The notes beneath the pieces are model-generated. The model was not told where the DNA came from. It made no database searches and was given only the letters and a program-made list of their open reading frames with translations. DNA of 64,000 nt, taken from positions 35,030,001 through 35,094,000 of the forward strand of contig NC_042999.1 of the NCBI RefSeq assembly GCF_006345805.1, read 5' to 3'. Of this stretch, positions 55,731 to 64,000 are shown piece after piece. The DNA comes from Octopus sinensis. Its lineage: Eukaryota. A program made the translations under genes and the position numbers. The first letter of the stretch is position 1. Every line of letters begins with the position of its first letter.

Positions 55731-55830
55731 NNNNNNNNNNNNNNNNNNNNNNNNNNNNNNNNNNNNNNNNNNNNNNNNNNNNNNNNNNNNNNNNNNNNNN
55801 NNNNNNNNNNNNNNNNNNNNNNNNNNNNNN
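55731..55830. other. Assembly gap (100 N)
   Basis: Run of N. Confidence 1.
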
Positions 55831-56277
55831 CACCGATGTTTCAGTATTTTGTGTCTCGTCAACCAGAAGTTGAAATCTAAGCAGCTGGATTTATTTATGC
55901 TTTCAGCGAGAAAAAACTTTGTTGATCGGTGCTTATGTCTGCCAAACATAAAAAATCGTTGTTTGCACCATTTTCAGTGATATTAGGAATGAATATTTAC
56001 ATATTTATTCGTAACACGTCTAGGCAGATTCAGACGTACAATATGCTGAACGCTGTAGTGTATGTCTTAGGAGACTAACTCCGTTTTGGCGCACAGCATT
56101 CAGTGACATCGGACGTGCTAAGAAAAAAACATATAAATATTCTTTTCTTCACAAACGATTTTCTTAGAAATTATATAATTTCTAAATATCAAGTAATTTG
56201 AAGGTACTCCGTTAGGTTCTACTTTTCTATGTGTAAATTAAGTTATACGATCGATATTTTTTATTAGATTTCCCGCA

Positions 56278-56455
56278 TAGGCGCAGGAGTGGCTGTGTGG
56301 TAGGTAGCTTGTTTACCAACACATGGTTCCGGGTTCAGTCTCACTGCGTGGCACCTTGGGCAAGTGTCTTCTACTATAGCCTCGGCCGACCAAAGCCTTT
56401 GTGAGTGGATTTGTAGACGGAAACTGAAAGATGCCCGTCGTATATATGTATATAT

Positions 56456-56486
<31 letters not shown>

Positions 56487-56725
56487 TATATATTATATAT
56501 ATATATGCGTGTGTGTGTTTGTGTCTGTTTGTCCTCCTAGCATTGCTTGACAACCGATGCTGGTGTTGTTTATGTCCCCGTTACTTAGCGGTTCGGCAAA
56601 AGAGACCGATAGAACAAGTACTGGGCTTACAAAAGAATAAGTCCCGGGGTCGAGTTGCTCGATTAAAGGCGGTGCTCCGGCATGGCTGCAGTCAAATGAC
56701 TGAAACAAGTAAAAGAATAAAAGAA
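56278..56725 (+). mobile_element. SINE family B, full length
   Basis: AGGCGCAGGAGTGGCTGTGTGGTA head, GGTTCAGTC B box, internal (TA)n and the family tail. Confidence 0.92.
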
Positions 56726-56739
56726 AGAAAAATAAAGAA

Positions 56740-57170
56740 TAGTGACGAGCTGGCGGAATCGTTAGCACGTCATACAATGCTTACCGACATTTCTTCTGGC
56801 TTTAGATTCAGAGTTCGAATTCTGCCATGGTCAACTTTACCTTTTCATTATTTCGGGGTCGATGGAATAATGCCAATTGAGCACTGGGGTCGATATAATC
56901 GCCTTTCTCCGCCCACAAAATATCAGGCTTGTGCATATAGTAGAAATAATTATTACATCTCCATAAAAGGAGATAAACTTGGAGTATCTTTAGCTCGGCG
57001 GCATTTCTTCTGACTCATTACGTTCTGAATCCAAATACCGCCGAGGTCAACTTTGCCTTTCATCCTTTAGGCGTCGATAAATTAAGTACCATTCAAGTAG
57101 TACTAAAGTCGGTGTATTAGACTCCCCATTTATTTCAAAATTGATGGCATCGTGCCAAAATTAGAAAAAA
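56740..57170 (+). mobile_element. Two diverged family A SINE copies
   Basis: Repeated GGTCAACTTT.CCTTT.CAT core. Confidence 0.75.
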
Positions 57171-57889
57171 TATTTATTTCCTAGTATAATGAATTCTACG
57201 CTTTTTCCGATGTTATCGCTCTTCATTCATATCTTAAATGATGATAAATTAGATTTCTATCTTTATCGGCTGAGTTTGGAGGAAGAAGCAGTGCCTATGA
57301 CTATTACAGGCCCTCAAGATCGGTAAGCTTGTTGATGTCATTTAAACTATTGCCAGTCAACACCTGAAAGGGAAAATCTGAGCAAGAAGAAGTATCAAGG
57401 GGCCGATATTCTGGTGGGTTAAATACCGAAAACAATGGTTAGTGCAGAGCGAGATGTTCAATGCAACGGGGACGACGTGATGTGGAAAGAGAAATCGTTT
57501 GGGAAGCCTGAGTGGTATGTACGATGTAAATCTAAATATTACAAAGGCTGGCCGTGGATGAATTAAGAATGTTAATACATTCTTTCTATGCTACTCGTAT
57601 CTGTAAAAAGAAACTGAAGGACCGTACGCGGTTTCTTGACCGCTTTTCAGAGAAGACGTATTTAACTTCCTTCCCTAATTAATAGCATAAATCTTTCAGC
57701 ATGTATGTATGAGTGTGTGTGTGTGCGTGTGAATGTATGAATATATGTATTATGTCATTTGACTAGCACTGAGTTGAATAGCTAAACTTGCTTGTTTATG
57801 CTTTTGACGGTTCGCCATTAATTAAAGAATATCTCTTTTGCTCACAACGCAGAGTAAATCAGAAACACTAAAATACATATAAATATTGG

Positions 57890-58408
57890 TTTCAAATTTT
57901 AGCAAAAGACTAAGAATTTCTGGTATTTATTTTATCGACTCCGAAAAGATAAAAGGCAAAGTTGACCTCGGCAGAATTTGCACTTAGAACATAAAGACAG
58001 ACGAAATGCCGCTAAGCATTTTACCTGTCGTACTAAAGATCCTGTCGGCTCACTGCCCTAAAATTCATACGAATTGCTGTGTGTATATGTTCGTGTGTGC
58101 TTGTACACATACACACACGCAAACACAAACATGCACACACTGACACACCCACACACGCTGACACACATATATGTATATTTCTTTACTGCCAACAAGGGGC
58201 TAAACATAGAGGGAACAAACAAGGACAGACAAACGGATTAAGTCGATTACATCGACCCCAGTGCGAAACTGGTACTTTATTTATCGACCCCGAAAGGATG
58301 AAAGGCAAAGTCGACCTCGGCAGAATTTGAACTCAGAACGTAACGACAGACGAAATACCACTAAGCATTTCGTCCGGCGCGCTAACGTTGCTGCCAGCTC
58401 GCCGCCTA
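57890..58408 (-). mobile_element. Two family A SINE copies (57890-58060 and 58178-58408)
   Basis: Family core and head on the minus strand. Confidence 0.85.
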
Positions 58409-58446
58409 ATTAATAACACACACTCTCACACACATATATATATATA

Positions 58447-59294
58447 TTTAACAATTAAAGATAACTTCTTAATAAGGAATCTTAACAAGAAATTATCAGG
58501 TAGATAGCGTGAAAAACCTCATAAGAGAAAAAAATTCGAAAATAATTTTTTCTTTTGAACATATTAATTTATATTATATAGAGGGCATTATTACACATAA
58601 ATGCCTCACACTAAGAGGGACATAAGTCATTTCTACCAAAAATTTCACTAATCATACCCAATGCAGTTTTTCAAAGCAAGACATTTAAAAAATTAATTTA
58701 GTCCTATATCACCTGTGATTTCGCACTCACCGCATAAAAATTTTGGGTAGAAATGACTTATGTCCCTCTTAGTGTGAGGCATTTATGTGTAATAATGCCC
58801 TCTATATAATATAAATTAATATGTTCAAAAGAAAAACATTATTTTCGAATTTTTCTTATGAGGTTTTTCACGCTATCTACCTGATAATTTCTTGTTAAGA
58901 TTCCTTATTAAGAAGTTATCCTTAATTGTTAAATTTATTCCGAAAAAACTTTTCCGTCCGAAATGCAGTTCGAAAAAGCCCGCCATTTTACCGAATATAT
59001 GATTTATAAACATCTCCATGTGCTTCGTTGGAGAGAGCAGTTGGCTGTTCGACTTCGACGGTGTTGGTCGTTTATTTATGATGTGTTCAGAATCAGTTCT
59101 ACCGATGAGCATGGACGCAAATTTTTATGCGGTGAGTGCGAAATCACAGGTTATATAGGACTAAATTCATTTTTTAAATGTCTTGCTTTGAAAAACTGCA
59201 TTGGGTATGATTAGTGAAATTTTTGGTAGAAATGACTTATGTCCCTCTTAGTGTGAGGCATTTATGTGTAATAATGCCCTCTATATAATATAAA

Positions 59295-59297
<3 letters not shown>
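58447..59297 (+). mobile_element. Young hammerhead element: ~480-nt unit with terminal redundancy plus an inverted 5' copy, in (TA)n
   Basis: 58747-58820 repeats at 59226-59297. Region 58447-58740 is the reverse complement of 59119-59297 joined to 58820-58935. Confidence 0.9.
59095..59162 (+). ncRNA. Type I hammerhead ribozyme motif, U4C variant, AUA site
   Basis: AGTTCTA CCGATGA GCAT..GTGC GAAA TCAC-AG-GT(T/G)A TA TAGGACT. Stem I is 7 bp, and the inverted copy has the fully paired stem III (GTGA). Confidence 0.82.
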
Positions 59298-59345
<48 letters not shown>

Positions 59346-59529
59346 TATACTATATATAAATGTATATATATATAAGCGTATATATATATATATATATATA
59401 CATATATGGGCCTGCTCGCTTAGCCAGCGGGGTGGCGTCAATCGAAGGCTAAAACAATGCGAACGTATTGTGACCAGCGATGTGCACCAAAATCTGATGG
59501 TCTGGTCGGTCACGTGATCACGTGATATA

Positions 59530-59574
59530 TTCCTGATGATTTCTTTTGAATGAAACAGTTCTAGTCCTGTAGAA
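59530..59574 (+). ncRNA. Type I hammerhead motif with canonical core in a short element ending at (TA)n (~59662)
   Basis: TTC CTGATGA T TTC-TTTT-GAA T GAAA CAG-TTCTAGTC-CTG TA GAA, with a GUA site. Stem I is only 3 bp. Confidence 0.65.
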
Positions 59575-59687
59575 GCTCCTTCTATAAAATAAATTAATTT
59601 ACTCTTCTATGTATTGAGTACCTTATTTACTGTGGTTAACCCCGACTCAACCCGGGACCTACATATATATATATATATAATATATAT

Positions 59688-59735
<48 letters not shown>

Positions 59736-59914
59736 GTACATATGGGCGTTTGTGTGGGTGTGTCTTCACTTGTGTTCATATTCTGAGTTCAATTCACCAG
59801 ACTGTTACTTAAAATAATGTATTAAGTCCTATTGGTGTAGAAAGTGATAGCAACGCAGATAGAGTATTAAATATGAAGAAATAGCGTTAACAAAAACATT
59901 GAAATGCCACTTAA

Positions 59915-60126
59915 CACTTTGACATTTAAACCGGCTATATCCGGCCAAATTATTCTTGTTTTAGGTTCAAACTGGTCAGGTTCGGCATCTCACACCTACC
60001 CTAAAATGTCATTCTAAAAATATGCAATCACATCATGGAAATCTCAAAGCTACAAGACAATAATTAATTCAAAGCAATGTGAATAAATATTATTACATTT
60101 GACAGAGTAAGCTCAATGCTAAAGGG
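59915..60126. mobile_element. piggyBac-type MITE
   Basis: TTAA|CACTTTGACATT..AATGCTAAAGGG|TTAA. Confidence 0.8.
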
Positions 60127-60619
60127 TTAAGTAATATTGAATTAGTCCTGACATTTAATTAATCTTTTAGAAACATTTTACAGAACGAAAGGGAGAGTGG
60201 GAAACAAAGAGAAAACTTACCTTTTCATTCTACCGGTCTGTCGAATATTTTAGTATTATGCTCGAAATTCCATGCCTTTGGAGATACAGAGTTAGCAGAT
60301 GTGTTTTGTATTCCAAGAGTTGGAAATGTCAAAATTTGGTAAGACCTATACAATGAAAAATTGGATAGTATTGCTTTGTAATTCAAGCTGATCATTTATT
60401 GTAGGCTTGTGTTTTGTTTTGTTTTGTTTTGTTTTTATAAAATTAACACTTTTTATCTATTTGTCTATATTGCAGTCTATTCCTGTAATTGTAACCGAAT
60501 TGTAACTACTTTGTCCTTAATCATGTCCCTGTTATCTTTCAAGATGTTCTTTGAAAAATGATGCTTATGTGTTTATATTCTTTTTGTATTTTGATATATA
60601 ATGACCGAAACGGACTGTC

Positions 60620-60900
60620 AATGTCATATTCGTCGCATTTGGTGGCCAGTGCACCTCAATTTCAAACGTGGGAGAACCGTTTCTTCAGTAAATATCTCCT
60701 TTGTAACTGTCCTGCATGGCCAGTTGTATATCTAATTCTTCCCGACAGATAGCATTAAAGGCAATAGAAGCTGAGGTGGAAGAGTTTTTCCCTTTCTGGT
60801 ACTTAGAGTCTTGAAGGGGAATGGTAATATGTCCCGGGTATCCGTTAATTTCCAGTAATTTTTCGATTTGGGTCATACAGAAAACTCGATTCTGTTTTAC
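60620..60900 (-). mobile_element. PLE post-RT remnant
   Basis: MTQIEKLLEINGYP (compare PLE L..NGYP). Confidence 0.5.
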
Positions 60901-60941
60901 TGCATTTGTGTTGGATACAGGGTAGTAGCAGGCTGGCTATG

Positions 60942-61003
60942 TCTCTTTCTCTCTCTTTCTTCCTTTCTCTCTCTCTCTCCCTCTCTTTCTCTCTCTCTCT
61001 TTC

Positions 61004-61086
<83 letters not shown>

Positions 61087-61092
61087 CTCTCT
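60942..61092. repeat. (CT)n microsatellite
   Basis: Direct reading. Confidence 0.97.
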
Positions 61093-61611
61093 TCCAAATG
61101 GAGATTTTACCACTGATATTTTCATGCGTATAAACTTCGCCTGTCTCTATGTAAGTATATCTTATCTAGTTTTCGCTTTGGAGAAAATGGACGGAAAATA
61201 TCAATTATTTTTCTTTTGGTCTATAGCATTTATATTTTTTTCCCTAGGAAAATACTAACTAGACCCGCATAGTAACTTCTATTAACAACGGCTGTTCTCA
61301 AAGAAGCACACACTGACCTCACTTTAACTTAAGAGTAGACTGTGAATATCCAGAAACGGTGTTGGTACTTCACTCTTTAAAAGCAGTAAGTTGTGTTTAG
61401 AGACAGATTTGATAGCCAATTCCAACTGAACGGAATAGCCACGTAGGGACTACTTATTTTGACGAGACGGTTTGATATAGATTTCATGGTTTCTTCAACA
61501 GTCGTATGTTGGAAAAAGAACTGGAAATGCATATAAAATACCACTGATTAAGTCATACTTAGCAGGTTTCAAGAGTTGGTTCTTGCCTCAAGGCCGTGTT
61601 TTATATATATA

Positions 61612-61659
<48 letters not shown>

Positions 61660-61710
61660 TTGTTTCACATGTCTATATATATGTATATATATGTGTGTGT
61701 ATATATATAC

Positions 61711-61793
<83 letters not shown>

Positions 61794-62189
61794 AAGTGTA
61801 CATGTGTGTGTGTTTCTGTGTGAATTTCTCTGCCCTGTCGCTGGTATCATGCTATCTTACAGGCAAAAAAGATACAAGTTCTCAATGGCTATATTAACCT
61901 TCAACATTTTATAAGTTGTAATATTACAGGTGCTATTCTATATATGATATTATAGTTTCTAAGTCGTATATAATTTAGTCGACTTACTTACATAAAGTCA
62001 CTACAAATATACATATGATCAGTAGGGTAGAACATCACAGAAAGGAAAATAGTGTAATCACCAAAATAGGATGAAGTCAGACTAACTAGGCAGGAGTTAT
62101 CATGGGATAATATTACATATAGCACACCATATACCATAACATATAGCATATAACATAGGCAATGCAATTTAATTTACCATATAATATAA

Positions 62190-62567
62190 TGTGGAGACGC
62201 AATGGCTCAGTGGTTAGGGCAGCGGACTCGCGGTCGTAGAATCGCGGTTTCGATTCCCAGACCGGGCGTTGTGAGTGTTTATTGAGCGAAAACACCTAAA
62301 AGCTCCACGAGGCTCCGGCAGGGAGTGGTGGTGATCCCTGCTGTACTATTTCACCACAACTTTCTCTCACTCTTACTTCCTGTTTCTGTTGTACCTGTAT
62401 TTCAAAGAGCCGGCCTTGTCACTCTCTGTGTCACGCTGAATATCCCCGAGAACTGCGTTAAGGGTACACGTGTCTGTGGAGTGCTCAGTTAATTTCACGA
62501 GCAGGCTGTTCCGTTGATCGGATCAACCGGAACCCTCGTCGTCGTAACCGACGGAGTGCTTCCATCC
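62190..62567 (+). mobile_element. SINE family C, full length
   Basis: High similarity to 28062-28448. Confidence 0.92.
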
Positions 62568-63031
62568 ATAACATAATATCCCATGATTTTATTATATTTA
62601 ATACTGGAGGGTAAGTTTATAACGGATACGACACCATAATTAATTTCCACCATCAAAGTTCATGTATGGCACCTATAATCGTTAATTTCGAAAATACTTA
62701 AATGTACGAGTGACGCTATGCACGCATGACACCCTTAGGTTTAATCTATTATTAATCGGTTGTTCTTGTTCCTAGACTTAAAAGTCTCATAAGTTTTCAT
62801 AGAGCACAGCTCACACCCGTATTAACTATCTCTATAAAGTTGCGCTCTCGGTGTTATATCCCGCTTTCCTTCAGTTCCCAAATCTTGCTAGATAAGAACG
62901 CACAAATGGCTTTATGTTTGAGTCTAAAAGATGAAAATTGTTTTTTTCATATTTATCAAACATCCTATATATATAAAGTTAGCAGCCTCAGTTACGATTG
63001 TACTTTTATAAATTACGTTTTGGATTAGACA

Positions 63032-63116
63032 TCAACCTAATAACGGACAGTGGGATTTAACTCTACAGTTGCAACCAGGAGCATTACTACTATTAATATT
63101 ATTGATATTCCTATCA

Positions 63117-63150
<34 letters not shown>

Positions 63151-63560
63151 CATTATTATTATTATTATTATTATTCCTACTATTGTCATCCGTGTTATTT
63201 TTATTTATGTTGTTATTTATACTTCCTTCAACTGTAGTATCATTTAAATTCATCTCAGCATCAACCGGCATTGTGTCAGTAATGCCTGCGCTAGGATAAC
63301 CTTCGCAGTCACAGTCTATATTGTACATATTAAATGTGCTAGTACTGTTGTTTCTAATTCCTACATCACCATTAATATTATTCTCAATGTAGTTTACATT
63401 AGTGTTGGCAATAATATTATTATTATTAACTCCTCTTGCCGGTTTTGTATTCTTCCTGTTTAACCTGGCTATGATGGTACCTATATTGGGGACGGTAGAA
63501 TACGACGTTCTGTCTTACGGGAAAATATTTATGGGAAGCAGGGAAGTCTTTTTTTAAAAT
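63032..63560 (-). mobile_element. PLE fragment (RT-endonuclease linker) with an Asn-rich expansion
   Basis: SYSTVPNIGTIIARLNRK..(N-rich)..CNCRVKSHCPLLG matches the PLE SYSxxPNxxxII..CNCRxxxxCPLxG motifs. Confidence 0.8.
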
Positions 63561-63608
63561 TGCCTATATACACACACACACATACACACACACACGCGCG
63601 CGCGCGCA

Positions 63609-63643
<35 letters not shown>

Positions 63644-64000
63644 GGAATAAAATTTATATATAAAGAAACAAGAACGTGAAATACACAAAGGGATGAACAC
63701 AGAAAACAGACGGGTCATTCGAAGCCTTTAATCTTCAGTCAGAAACCGGATCATCATAGAAAATTTCGGCTGATTAATTCTGATATTTGCTCCAACGCGG
63801 CCAGCCCCAAGGAAAAACTAAGCTGTGAGCATTAGATTTCTTGGAAAAAGGAGCGAATGTAAACTCAACAGGGACGAATATAAATATGAAAAACGAAAAC
63901 AAAAATAAAAAAACAAGAATGGTTAATAACAGGATAACAGCAGGTGTCTTACGACTTTAGACCAAATGAGGCAAATATAACTTATCTAGCAGGCGTGTTT

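Noticed and set aside
55327-55980. 217-aa ORF
   Set aside because: It is made of (CT)n and spans the N gap.
60210-60330. Minus-strand AG|GTAAGT splice-donor match at ~60220
   Set aside because: A single consensus match with no supportable exon.

Overview
AT-rich, repeat-dense eukaryotic DNA with no host gene that I can support. The SINE, LINE and microsatellite repertoire suggests a cephalopod, probably Octopus (inference). The window holds a head-to-tail cluster of three R4/Dong-clade RLE retrotransposons in (TAA)n, one nearly complete (2843-6548) with frameshifts that look like homopolymer sequencing errors. It also holds Penelope-like element (PLE) remnants, Tc1/mariner elements, Merlin-type and piggyBac-type MITEs, RTE, L1/Tx1 and CR1-group fragments, four tRNA-derived SINE families, many microsatellites and a 100-N gap. 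The strongest signal is invisible in the ORF track. At least eight unrelated families of short non-coding elements each carry a type I hammerhead ribozyme motif, folded here by eye, and several have recurrent non-canonical cores (U4C, A9U). They mostly sit next to (TA)n tracts, occur as outward-facing inverted pairs, and in some cases show terminal redundancy or circular permutation, as expected for PLE pLTRs or retrozymes. Element boundaries are approximate unless fixed by a TIR or TSD.
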